From: Proteromonas lacertae
Lineage: Eukaryota
Length of the DNA: 59,957 bases
Direction of reading: 5' to 3'
Assembly: GCA_002245135.1 (NCBI GenBank)
Contig: NGBS01000602.1
Location: forward strand, 62,001 to 121,957
Below, one piece after another: positions 1 through 13,347 of the stretch. The notes under the pieces are model-generated. The model saw only the letters and a program-made list of their open reading frames with translations, did not search any database and had not been told where the DNA came from. The position numbers and the translations under genes were made by a program. Position 1 is the first letter of the stretch. Every line of letters begins with the position of its first letter.

Positions 1-1989
1 GATGAAAATAAACCACCAGCTCCACCACCTCCTGCAGCTATTAGAAGAGGGAAACCTAAGTATTATTTTGTATAAGATGTTTATGATAGAAAGAAAATAG
101 ATGAATTTCTAGAGAAAATAAAAAATGAACAAGAAAAAGTTGGTAATAAAGATGAATATGATTCGAAAGAAAGGAAAACTAATATGTAAATATAATAAAA
201 AACTACTTTTGTGTAATATATATAATATAGATTTATTATAAATATATCTCGAAGTGTAACAGAAGATGATTTATATAATTTCTTTTCAAAATATGGAACA
301 ATTACTAGTGTAAAAATAAAAGCACCAAAAGATACTGACAGAAAAACAAATGTTGCATTTGTTAATTACACCAAGCCAAGATTTGCAGAAATTGCAAAAG
401 CTGAATTAGATGGAAAAGAATTTAGAGTATATTTGAATATCAAAATTATATTTATTGATAGGGTTTAACTATAAGAATATCATGGGGAAGAGATCAACCA
501 GATTCTTCAGATAATAACAATTGTTTCTATTTAAAACAATTACATTTTCAAAATAGAAATTACAAAGGTGAATTATTAGATGATAAAATGATATATGTAA
601 AACCACCAAAGCTCGAAATTAAAAGAAAGATAATCGATTTATTAGCAGAATATATATCAAAATGTGGAAGTGTATTTGAAGAGAGAATAATTCAAAGAGA
701 AAGGAATAATAATGATTTTACATTTCTATTGCATGAAGGATCACCAGAAAATCAATATTATAGATGGAGAGTTTATTCATTGTGTAATGGTGATAGTTTT
801 TATAATTGGAATACTGAACCATTTCAGATGTTTATAAATGGACCAAAATGGATTCCTCCTAGTTATGAAGAGATGGGAATGTATATATATATATATATAT
901 ATATAAATTGTGAAATATATAAATAATATTTATTATTATAGCACACAATCAAAGTATGAACATATGAAAAGTCAAGCAATAATGAAATTGACAGATAAAG
1001 AATATGAAGTGTTTAGTGATTTATTACTGGATGTTGATTTGACTAGAAAGTCAATAAGAAATGCGATGGTATATTGTCTTGAACATGCAGAAGCTGCAAG
1101 TGAAATTGCTAATATAATTTGTCAAAATACAACAACTACTAATACATCCATTCCTTCCAAAGTATTATTATTATAAATAAATCTATTAATAGGTTGCAAA
1201 GATATATTTAATAAGTGATATATTGTACAATAGTAGTAGTGGTGTAAAAGGTGCATCAGCATATAGATCAGAGTTTGAAGTATTTTATATTTATATATTT
1301 ATGTATAGGATCGATTACCTGATTTGTTTGAAGAATTAGGAAAAATATATAGAAATATTGATGGGCATTTAACAAGCGTAGGAATGAAAGAAAGAATGAT
1401 GAATATATTGAAAGTATGGCATGATTGGGGATTATTCCCAACATCGTATATATTAGGTTTAGAAGCATCTGTATTTTATGATGTATTATTATATTTTTTT
1501 CTCTTTTATTTTTTTTAGCCAAATATTGATGCAATTGAACATAGTGATGATTTGCATATTGAAGATATGAATGAAACAAAATTAAAAGGAGAATGTTTAA
1601 AATGTGGTATATCAATAGATTCTACACCCAGTGAATTAATACAAAAATTAAATAGAAATAGAAGTTACATTAATAGGAAATACGAAAATCAAGATAAAGA
1701 GAATGAAAATGAAAAGAAGAAAGGAAAAGAAGAGTATGATATAATGAAAAGTTATGAAAAGAATGAGAAGAAAACTCAGAAAATAGGAACATGGGTAGAA
1801 ATGACTAGTGATAACGAAGATGAGCAGCAAACTGAGATAATTCAGACAAATTCTGAAATTAATGAAGAAAGTCAACAAAAAGAGAATATAAATACAGAAG
1901 ATGATGATATTGATGGAGAACCAATAGATAATGATGATATCGATGGAGAACCTATAGATGATGAAGACATCGATGGTGAGCCATTGTAA
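1..1989 (+). CDS. U2SURP: U2 snRNP-associated SURP motif protein (SR140), multi-exon, 5' end outside the window
   Basis: RRM (VAFVNY..AEIAKAELDGKEF), SURP (IIQRERNNNDFTFL..YYRWRVYSL), CID (TRKSIRNAMVYCLEHAEAA; IYLISDILYNS; ILKVWHDWGLF) and terminal DIDGEP repeats, joined by short GT-AG introns. Confidence 0.9.
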
Positions 1990-2194
1990 TTTATAAATTT
2001 TATATTTTGTGTATTATGTATTTAAAGTTCTTTTTGTTTTATAGTTTAGTTTTTACAAAATTGTAATACAAAGAAATCTATTTCCAGAATAATGGCTTTC
2101 AATAGAATAAAATTCTCTTTTACATATTCTTAACATTAAAATAAAAACATATTATATCGATTAATAAAATACATATTCTATATTTGTTAATTTA

Positions 2195-2389
2195 TTAAAA
2201 ATAACGGTGATCTTCAATAAAAAATGGACAATCACCAGGTTCTCTTTTAAATAAAGTCTTTGAACCATCAAACATCTGAGGACGTAATATTGAATTAAAG
2301 AAATTAATAAAAAGTGATTAAATATATAAAAGAAAAGGATATGATGATGAGTCTTTAAAAATTCTTTATGATTATCTCTCCAATGTTGC

Positions 2390-2421
<32 letters not shown>

Positions 2422-3281
2422 TATACAGTTCTATGCAAGAATGAAGGTGCATCAACACATACTTCTCCTCTTGTTGGAACAGGAATGACTCTCTCAGGAG
2501 TATGTGTAATATAATCAAAAGCAGGTCGGTGTGTGATTAGTGGGTTTTCTACTTTATCTATATGGAATTCATTTGGCATATCTTTTGATTCTAATGTTTT
2601 GGTTAATGAAGTTGAAAAATATCCTTTTCCTCCACCTATTGGTTGAATTTGTGTTTTTGTTACTTTAAACCATTCTGGAACAATAGGCTCACAACTAATC
2701 ATAGTATTTGAACTATATAAATCATTATTATTGTTACTTGTGTATGAAGTTGATGTAGTAGAATATGAAGAGCATGATCTTTGTGATGAACACCTTGATG
2801 ATGATAATTTACTACCACTTCGACGATTCTGTGGTGAAACATAGGATCCTACTGTTGTTGGTCTACTATTTTCTGTAATTGAAGGATTAGATCTTATTGA
2901 ATGGGGTGCAGAACATGTATTTGGTCTTTTTTCTTCATTTATATAATTTATATCTTGGGTTTCTGAATAGTGAGATGTAAATGCTTCTGTTGGCTTAGCA
3001 TATGTTGGAATATTATTATGAGATGATCTTACTGATGAATGCTTTGATGAATGGTGTAATTTATGAGCTGTGTCTGGTAATGAAGTATGAGATTGAGTTC
3101 TGGAATTGATATTTGGCATAGTAGGTGAAATAGGTATTTGCTGTGATAGACTTGATCTGTTTGTTCTGCCAGTTGTTAATCTTGATCTAGTCCTTCTAGA
3201 ACAATCACGAGAAGAATGTCTTGATATTGGTATATTCAGATTTGGTAATTCTGTTTTACTATTTTCTTTATATTCTTCCAT
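2195..3281 (-). CDS. Ser/Arg-rich hypothetical protein with two 3' introns (GT-AG 2389-2426, AT-AC 2284-2342)
   Basis: 308-aa ORF. Removing both introns gives a continuous frame ...HRTQHWRDNHKEFLKTHHRPQMFDGSKTLFKREPGDCPFFIEDHRYF*. Confidence 0.7.
2284..2342 (-). other. U12-type (minor spliceosome) AT-AC intron, 59 nt
   Basis: 5' end ATATCCTTTT, branch-like TTTCTTTAAT about 10 nt before a terminal AC; removal restores the frame. An alternative AC at 2314 (29 nt intron) is also in frame. Confidence 0.75.
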
Positions 3282-3362
3282 ATTCGATTTTTTGATAAAT
3301 AACGATCTGTCAATATGACATGTAATATGTCAATTTTACCATATTTTTAAACTCAAATTTAA

Positions 3363-6300
3363 ATGGCAGATTTTCAAAGCTCTCCTTCACCTATACAGAA
3401 ACTAAGTATTTATTTTAATTTATGTTATATCATTTAGATAATCCTATAGCTTCTATTCGAAGAAGAGCAATTAATAATCTCTATTATAAATGTATTGCTG
3501 GATTAATAACTCCACAACAGTTATTAGAACAAACTGATATTATTAGCAAACTTAATGATGCAATTAAGATGGAATCTGAAGGAGTAGAGAACTTGCACCT
3601 TAGAGAGATAATTGAATTTATAATTAAGTTTAGCCCATTAATAAAATCAGAATTCATTCAATCTAATCCAAATATTGAAGTAAATCAACAAAATGAAGCA
3701 GTATATTACCCTTCAATTGGAGATAATGATGAGGTGAATGAATCTTCTACATCAAATATAATTGTTGACAATAATGGTTACAATAACAATGACATAGAAG
3801 AAGAGGAAATAGTAAATGACATATTTAAATGGAAAGATTGGTATTATGGTTATAAATTTCCCAAAATAATGTTGACTAATATGGATCAAGACATATTAAT
3901 AGAATTTCATACATTGTTGCATACAAAACAAGAATCATTATTCAAAGATTTATCATATCTGTTCATTGATTGGATATTGAATGATTATCCACCAGAATTA
4001 TTCTTACAACAAACTCAAATCATCAACAAACTCATTTTAATAATCCAAAGCCCTGAAATTTATTCAAATATTCATTTTTCATTATCCATTCAAATGTTGA
4101 GTGAATTATTCAAACATATATCCAAATCTCTTGATAATTATATAAAATACGATCACTATACATTAATCACCATACCAAATGAATATGATAATTATACAGA
4201 TAAAGTTGGTTCGATGTATATTTACAATTATCCAAATGGAAATGAAAGTAGTGGATATAGTTTAAGTGGTTGTTCATTTATGATTACTCGTATAATATTA
4301 CCTTTCCTAAAGAATCAAAATACAGGTGAAATATGTATTAGTTTATTGATATTGTTATATGATTTTATATCTGAACCATTTCCAAATGAAAATGAAAGGG
4401 AAAATAATGAAAATGGTAATAATGATTCCGTTCTATTAGATTATCAACGATATATAACAATTATTGAGGAATTATGTGAATATTTAACTGTAATAGATCC
4501 TTATATATTAGATAGCAGTAGGTTTAGTCCATTTTATATTAGTCAAATATTATATTATTTATTTACAATATGTAGAAATTTAAGTAGTTTTAATGAAGAG
4601 TATATATATTATATTTTTATTTATTATAGTTATTCAAAATATTTTATCAACTCTCCTGTATTTGAAAAGATGTTAAAAGTAATTGCTTTCAATTCAAATA
4701 CAGTATTATCACCAGATTTCAATAGAATAATCCCTGTAATCTATCATCCAATGAAATTATCAACAATTAATGAAAGTGAAAAAGAAAAGTTACAATTAGG
4801 AAATAGTGGTGGTTTTGAAGAAATATTATCATATTTAACTATTAATATTATAAACAAAGAATTATTGAAAGAATTAAATGAAAGTAAAACTCATAAACAA
4901 TATATTAATATATTACACAAAATACGTATAAATTTATATATATTATATTATATATTTTATTTATAGTTTATTATTCTAAAGTTGATTTACAATTTTCCAT
5001 TAGTTGGAGTAATAATATGAAATGGTATGAAAATATCAGAAAGTTTATTACAATAAAACCACTAAGTGAAAAAGATAATAAAATGTTAGTAGAAATATAT
5101 TCGTTTCTTATTGAAATATATAATGATATTACAGATGATAGTATATTTATATTATTATATTATATTATGTTAATAGTTTTATTGGATATTGTTTTTGATT
5201 TAAAGAGTGTTATTATTCCAATAGTATATGACTTATTGAATATAAAATTACCTCTAACAAATGATGAAGATGATAATAATAATATATTTGATATAAACAA
5301 TACAGAAAGCTTAGAAAAACATATTCAAGGAACAATAATAAACTTCCAATCAAATTATAAAGAATCTTATCCTAAAGAAAACACTTATTTATTTCAATAT
5401 ATTAACAAATTATTCAATTTCATTACAATAATAGTAAGTGATAAAAATCGACCAATCATTGATCAAATACATCATACACTTGTATTGGAGTCTAAATTAA
5501 TCAATTTAAGTAACAGTATAATATATAAAGATAATAATACAACAGTAAACTATTATCCAATATATTCAAATATACTGTTATTATATTCAAATATTATATA
5601 TTATTGTGATAAGGTCATATTAGATATAATACAAAATAATATTGTATTATGGTCTGAAACGGCTATTTTATTATCAGATTATTGTCATATAAACGATGGA
5701 TTTCAGTGTCATCGATTATACTCAACAAGTTGTGATATTATTTATAATTTAATATCTAAGAATCTTTTATTGAATGAGATATTTTCAATAGATAATCAAT
5801 TCAAGTTTATAAACTATTATATTACAGACAGAACTAATCTGATTAGATATAAAGGATTTAAATTGATAAGTCACTTAATAATGACAGATTTTGGTAATAG
5901 AATAATAACCAATGAGATTCCAATATATGATAATATAATTAATAAATGTGCTAATAATATATTACTCTATAGAGAATGTATAATAGTAAAATCAGCTTGT
6001 TTAGATGTTCTATCATCATATATAACAATATTAATTAATGAAAAGGATGAGGAAAGTATAAAGAAATTTGAAGATTTAATCAGTAATATTTGGTTTTATA
6101 AAGTTGTTAATGATACAATAATGACTGATCATTTAGTATCGCCATGTTTCTATTATTCATTATTAAGATTTATATATAAAGTGATTCAATTGAAAGATGA
6201 AAATATACTATATTTATATTCATTACCAATATGGAAAGACATTTTTAACATTTTAAATAATTCATTTTATGATACAATCTGGCAGAACGGAATAAAAACA

Positions 6301-8117
6301 TACTTTCCAACTGTGAATTCAATACCTATCACTATATTTGATTTATTTGAATTAGCTCATCATTCAATGATTAATAAGAGAATAGTAAGTTATCAATTAA
6401 CTCAAGGATATTCCTATATTATACTAAATAAAATGAATAATTATGTGGATAATGATTATAATATTATTTCAATAAAAGCTCAAATACTGCTGTTGAAGTT
6501 ATATATGCAAATGACTAAAATTAAACCAGAACTAATTAAGATATATTATATTCAGCAATTTGATATTATTACAAATATATACTTAATATTATGTAATAAA
6601 ATCATTGTATATTACTCTACAATAAATAATGAATATGCAATTGAATTAATAACTCTCTGCTTCGATATATTATCATTTATTATACCATCTATATCAGATA
6701 TATCGAAAATATGCAATAGCAATAATAATAGTGTTCTATTGTCAATATTTACACATTATATCAATAAAGATCAACCATTTTGTATTCAAATATCTTTATG
6801 TAACTTCATATATACATTGTATTCAATATTTCATGAGAATATTGAGTTTGAAATTAATGATGATAATAAGCTGAAAATGAATAATTTGTCTGTTACAATA
6901 ATACAGTTATGGAAGAATATTATTGAAGATTTTCATAATCAATTCAATTCACAAGTCAAATTAACAAAATTGCCTATATTCAATATATTAATAAAAATAT
7001 CAAAATCAATTCAAGTATTATCTGAGTATAATATTGTATGTAAATATGAATTATTAAATGTATATAATAATAATAATTATATATATATGTATATTATATA
7101 GTTTTGTTATTTTGATCAATTTATGTTGGAGTATAAATACTGTTTAGATATTATAAAGAACAATAGAGAGACTATTAAATTTGATTCAGTATAAATTATA
7201 TATATATATATATTCATACTTATACTTGTGAATAGATAATTATTCAATATTTAGTATTATTATTTCAGAATCTACAGAGTCTTTTCTACAATTTCTACAA
7301 TGAAAATACTACTCAATTCACATCATTACTATCACTAATAGGTAAAAATATAAAAATATTAATGAAATATTCACCAATCAAAACATATTTGTATTTATTC
7401 ATTATAAATTATATATCGATGAATGAAAATGCAAGTGAAGATCTATTAGATAACCCACAAATATATATATTAGATGTGATTATTAGTGAATTAAAATTAT
7501 CACTGAATAATGTCAATAATAACAATAGAGTACTATATAAACTGCTTATGAATTTATCGTTAAATGATAGATGTTGTTATTACTTTATTAAAAAACATGT
7601 CGTTACAGATTGTCTAGAGTTTGTCTTTCCCAAGTCCCATACAGATCTGCCCGATCCTCAAAAGAGGAATAATATATTAAAAATACTTCAGAATATGAGT
7701 TTTAAGAAAGAATGTGCAATAATAATAGTTGATTATAGTAATTTTGCATTTAGAGTAAAAAATGATTTGAAATCCGAAGATAAAGATGTGATTTCTATTC
7801 TATTATTGATACTTAGAAATATAGCAATTCACAAATACAATAAAATGAAATTGTTGAATAGTTTTGATATGAATATTTTCTATGAATTATGCCTTTATGA
7901 AGATAATGATCTTATTTCAGGTGTTTCGCATTATTTATGGGCTTTATGTCATTTGTATCAGAAAGCAGTTGGTGTAGTTACATCTTCAAGGATATATCCA
8001 TTGTTATCTGATATAGATAAGAAAATCAATGAAACTGAAGGATTAGATATACTCAAAATAGGAATAGAAGGGCTATTATGTGTATGCAGTAGTCATAGTC
8101 CTAAATCTGACGAATAA
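3363..8117 (+). CDS. RTTN: Rotatin-like armadillo-repeat protein, multi-exon
   Basis: N-terminus QKL-NPIASIRRRAINNLYYK..GLI resembles RTTN_N; ILNDYPPELFLQQ resembles the rotatin LQDFPAEIFLQ motif; ARM-like C-terminus. ORFs 3422-4966, 5017-7101 and 7362-8117 are linked by short introns. Confidence 0.7.
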
Positions 8118-8143
8118 ATACAAATATAATACAAAAATATAAA

Positions 8144-8458
8144 TTAATCTAAATCAATTTGAAAATTGTTTTTACCTGTATATTGTGCATATTGTCTACT
8201 TCTAATTTTTCTTCTTTCCTCTTCTAAAATTGCAACTCTTTGTGGATCTGAAAAAATAAAGAAGATACTGATTATACCTGTAGCTGATTCATAACTTCTC
8301 TTCTTTTCTTGTGCAATTTTGTAATTTATATAATATTTGTAAAGATAATAACAACCAATTGAACCAAACACTATATACCATCCATAAGCCTAATAAATGT
8401 ATATATTACATGATAATACTTCAAAAAACATCCATATTCGATAAATAAATAGATCCAT
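8144..8458 (-). CDS. Small single-pass membrane protein, selenoprotein S/VIMP-like N-terminal region
   Basis: Spliced product MDLFIYRIWMFFEAYGWYIVFGSIGCYYLYK...ESATDPQRVAILEEERRKIRSRQ; YGWYIVF TM segment followed by a coiled coil, as in SelS. Confidence 0.5.
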
Positions 8459-8584
8459 TAGTTTAAAAAAATGAAAAAAGAATTATTAAAGTCAAGGCTT
8501 GGCTTGGTTGGATTATTAAAATTTAACACAGCTCATAACAATATAATCAAAGTATATAAGTAATTAGATAAGATAATGGTTATT

Positions 8585-10100
8585 TCAATCTTGATTTATT
8601 GTTAATTTTTTTCTTTTAACAGATCTTTCATTATTTCCTTTGCTTAATGTTTCAACCTCTTTTTCCAATTCTGTTATCCTTTCAGCTTGTTTTTCTTTTT
8701 CTTTTTCTAAAGCAAACATTTTTGTTCTTAATCTACTAATCTTTCTTCTTAACAACTTATTTTGAGTTCTAACACTATCTAACTCATCATTTGTACAACT
8801 GTATGTTTCATAATCATGTTGACAAGGGTTGTCCCATTTTTTTAATTTCAAATCTATATAAATAAATAATAGTGAACAATAACAATACCATCAAGTCTTT
8901 CAAGAATTTCTTCAATATCATATTCACATTCTTTAGTATTCTGATATAGTTGGTCTACCGCTTCTTCAGGTCTACTATCTTCATCTATTTCTTCATCTCT
9001 ATTAACACAACAAATATCTGTAACTATTTTAGATAAATGTTCTTGAATATATCCTAAACTGCATATATCTTCATTCTTATCACCGACATATACTTTTCTA
9101 CTTCTGACAGTTTCCTTTATACTGATATAATGGTGTTTATCTTCTTCATTTCCCTCTTCATCTTCTCCATCACTTTGATCATCATCTTCATCATCTTCAT
9201 CATCATCTCTATCACTTTTTTCTTCTTTTTCATTACTTTCATCTTCTTTTTCTTCATCATCAGTTTCATTATTTTCTTCAACTTTTTCATTTTCATGATT
9301 TTCATTTTCTGCTTCCATTTTATCATCTTTTTCTTCTTGTTTTTCATTTTTATCATCATCTACTTTTTCTGTAATGTCAACATCATGTAATAAGTATTGA
9401 CAGTAATCAGATAAATAGAAATGTTTGTTGTAATAGAATATATTCTTTTTACTTATATTTCCATGAATAAGATTGTTTGAATGTAAAAGATATACTGAAT
9501 AACAAATATCATAATATGCATTATATCTGTAACTTCCTTTTCTGCATTTATATTCTATTTTCTTAGGTTCATTCTTCTTCTTCTTTTGTGATTTCTTCTT
9601 TTTATGATTATTTTCATCATCATCTTCATCATCATCTTCTTCTTCTCTAACATATCCACATACAATTCTATGATCTTCTTCTTCTTCTTCCTCTTCTGTT
9701 TTCTCTTTATAGTCTTTACTCATCATATTCTCATATATTGGATATATATTTATGTCTTCAACATCTAATGAACCAATAAATTCTCGCATCTTCAAATAAA
9801 TATAACCATTTTCTTCTTTTATCATCGAATATTTTACAAGATAGTTATGCTCATCATTGATTTTATTAACTACTTCTAAAGCTGACAAATATTCTTGGAT
9901 CTTTTCTTTTGGTACATCTCGAACATCAATCACCTTCAACACTTCATGCTCGGTACTTAACTTGTTTTCTATCACGAGGATATACGAAATACCACAACGA
10001 GGTGATGATTTTATGATCTAAATAATATATTTGCACCGGAATATACTTTGTATTCGTCTTTCAAGAAGGATAGTAAATTTTCATCCAATAAATCACTCAT
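8585..10100 (-). CDS. Divergent protein kinase-like (probable pseudokinase) with acidic insertions and C-terminal coiled coil
   Basis: LHSNNLIHGNISKKNIFY..YLSDY corresponds to subdomains VIb-VII without HRD/DFG. An intron at about 8854-8888 joins ORFs 8854-9975 and 8585-8851; ATG at 10100. Confidence 0.65.
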
Positions 10101-10462
10101 TTTCTAAAGTAAAGAGAAAAAGAACAAATCAAGCCTCAAACCAATAATTTAGTGGTTTAATAGTAATTTTTTTTATCGTTATTTTAGAAAAGAACCTTCC
10201 CTAAAACGTTCACAGAATATGGAAATGATGAATTGAATGAAGTGTTTAAAATATTTAAAGAAAAGGGGATGGAAACTATATTTTATGAAGCTGTTCTAAA
10301 AATACAAACTGAAAATTAATTATTTATAATAATTTATACCTTTATATCTATATTTTATACATTAAATGAATGAAAAATTGATTATGACATTTGAAATGTA
10401 AAATACATTGATTTGACAAGTATCAAGCTTTTTCATATTTTATCAATTTTAAGACTATAGAA

Positions 10463-12603
10463 ATGATAATTAAATCAAATATACATAAAAATGAAGGGTA
10501 TAATAATCAATCGGCTCAATTATGCTATAATATATCTAAATAGTCTTATTCGAAAAATGATAAAGTGTGGATATGGTGATTTGAGAGTATTAGTTGAAAA
10601 TGAAGAAATGAAAACATTGAAATCATTATTGTGTTGTTGTAATGACACATTTCGAGAGATTTTAGAAGATAAAGAGTTTAAAGAACCATTAGAGTTATAT
10701 GAAGGATGTAATAAAGATGTATTTCTGATGTTAGAAAGATATTATGAAGGAAATGATATAAATGTTGAAGATAATAACTGTGTTAAACTGTTATTGATTT
10801 GTGTTTGTTATAATGAGAATAGATTGTTGAAAATACTGAAAGAGTATATAATGAAAAGAATGAATGAAAATGATAAAATGATTGTTGAATTATTGAATGA
10901 GAAATACATACTTGAGAATAAGAATTTATTAGAAATGAAGATAGAAATGAATAAATATGTAAGCATGAAGAATTATCGATTATTGAATGATAAAATGATA
11001 AATGAGATGAATGTGAATAGTATAAAAGAAATCTTTAGTAATGGAGTAATATTTAATGGAAATAGAAGTGAATTAAAAGAATTATTGAATGGTTATATGT
11101 TAATGAATGCGAAATATTTGAATGAAGAAGAAAATGAAATAATGAAAGAGATAATGAACAGAATAAATGAAAATGAAACAAATCAGTTAATAAGATATAT
11201 CTCAATTCCAAAAATGAAAAATGAAATGATATATGAATATTTGATAGACAATTATCCAAAAGAAAATGAAGAAATCGAAATGAAAAGTATAAAATATTTC
11301 TATTCTATTTTTTAATAGAAGAAGAAATGATTAATCCTAATTTTTTAATGGAAAATAATAAAGAGTTAAAAGTATTGTTAGTTGAAGGAAATATGATTAT
11401 TAAAATGATGGTAATGTTAATGATATATGAAAATGACTTATGTTTAATCTATGAAACATATAAAGAATTATTTGATGAAATATTAAATGAATATAAAATG
11501 AATAAATGGAATGATTTTATGAAAAGAAAGAAAAGAAATGAGAATATTTTGAAATGTTTATTTACATATATGAGAGAAAACGAAAGTGAAATAAATGAAA
11601 TACTGGATGTAATGGTAGAGAAATGTGGAATGGAAATTGTATATGATATAATTGAAAATGACAAAATCTTTTTAAAGCATGGTGAAAACATTAACAATAT
11701 ATATTATTATATTCATAATAGAGGAATTGAAGATAGAGATAATGAATTAATAAATAAGATTGTAAAAGATGAAAGAAAAAGAATAAGAATAAAATGTATA
11801 TAAAAGATGTAATGTAATATTGATAGATAGAAGAATAAAAGAATTCGAATATGAAGGAGAGATATATTTAAACGTGAAAGTATGTTTAATACCAATAGTT
11901 GATGTAGATGTAGAAGAATTCTATCTAAAATCAAGTATAAATGTTATAATTGTATTAATAGAATTACCAAATGGTTTATCATTCAATAAAGAGACAGGTG
12001 AAATTAGTGGATTAACAACTGAATTATATGCAGGCTATTTAAGAATAGTTGCTAAGAATATCTGGGATGAAAAAGAATATTCAATAAGATTAGCGATATT
12101 TGAAAGTATAAAAAATGAAACTATATTTTATCTTAGAAATTCATTTTATAAAATACTATCAATATGATATTAGTGAAGATAAAAGAACAACTCGAAGTAA
12201 TAGTAGGAATAATAATAAAAGATGTTACTTAAACATTAAGATGGAAAAATCAATCTATCACTTCTTTTTCACATTTACATCATTACATTTTAGAATAGGT
12301 GCTGTTGTAGAATCATCTAGAATGGAGTATGGCAAAGAAGGAGAATATTGTGAGATAAATCTTGGCAATAGAATTCAATGGGGTAATATTGGTAAAACTC
12401 AAAAAATAGATAAACTACATTTGGATAAATACAATTGTGAAGTAATATTTGATATGAAGAAAAGAACATTCTCAATTATTGATATATTTAAATGTAATAA
12501 TGTATTATATACAGATCTTCCAAACAATTTATATCCATATGTAATTATAAACAAGGATGTTGATACAACAGTAAATTTATCTGAATTGTTGATTGTGGAA
12601 TAA
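10463..12603 (+). CDS. BTB/POZ + putative Ig (He_PIG-like) + C-terminal SPRY-like domain protein
   Basis: BTB-like YGDLRVLVENEEMKTLKSLLCCCNDTF; He_PIG-like LPNGLSFNKETGEISG; C-terminal IYHF..EVIFDMKKRTFSI..LPNNLYPYV. Four ORFs join in frame through short GT-AG introns. Confidence 0.7.
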
Positions 12604-12791
12604 AATTATACCCTTTAAATACTATTATCTTTATTTTTTCTGAATAAAACATGAATCATTACAAACCGCACTAATTAACATAATTGTGATTTATTTACTA
12701 ACATCTAATATTCAGTACAAATGATATAAGACATTTAAAAATATATTCGTTATCTAAAGTTTATCCATACAATTTCATCATTTTTGAAAGA

Positions 12792-12864
12792 GCCCGGGTA
12801 GTATAGTTGGTTAGTACATTTCGTTGTGGCCGAAATAACCCGCGTCCGAATCGCGGCCCGGGCA
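12792..12864 (+). tRNA. tRNA-His (GUG)
   Basis: Acceptor stem GCCCGGG/CCCGGGC, anticodon arm TTTCG-TTGTGGC-CGAAA, T arm CCGCG-TCCGAAT-CGCGG, discriminator A, followed by an oligo-T Pol III terminator. Confidence 0.93.
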
Positions 12865-12992
12865 AGTTTTTTTCTTCTTTTATGTTTTAAATTAAGCTCT
12901 ATTCTGGTTTGATTTTGAAAAAGACTCGTTATATTTAGTGACTGATATTCAAAAAAATAATAAAAAAACAAAAAGAACTCATAATTAACAAA

Positions 12993-13310
12993 TTACTTAC
13001 CATTTACTTCATAATACAACTGAGTAATAGCATTACAAGCTTCATAGAATTCTACATCAGATACTATTAAATATATAACAATATATTAACATACGTGGAT
13101 GATTTTTAACAATTTCTTTACCAAACTGAGGTTCATCATGTTTTACTTCTTCTTTGAGTATTTTGGGTATTCCATAAGGTTTATGTCTATCTGGATTTCT
13201 TTCCAATGCAATTTGACACAAAAAGGGTAATAATGTTAGTAATCCAATTGTAGCACTAAGATGCTTGGATACTTGTTTATTAGTGGCTTTTCCAACAAAC
13301 TTATCAACTC

Positions 13311-13347
<37 letters not shown>

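Noticed and set aside
1900..1989. Three DIDGEP repeats
   Set aside because: A known feature of SR140/U2SURP C-termini, not a novel repeat.
9117..9390. Met/Lys-rich and Phe/Ile-rich ORFs (9117-9359 -, 9130-9390 +)
   Set aside because: Alternative-frame and antisense shadows of the GAA/GAT-rich acidic tract in the pseudokinase gene.
12750..12971. 73-aa minus-strand ORF
   Set aside because: It is the antisense of the tRNA-His gene and its flanks.
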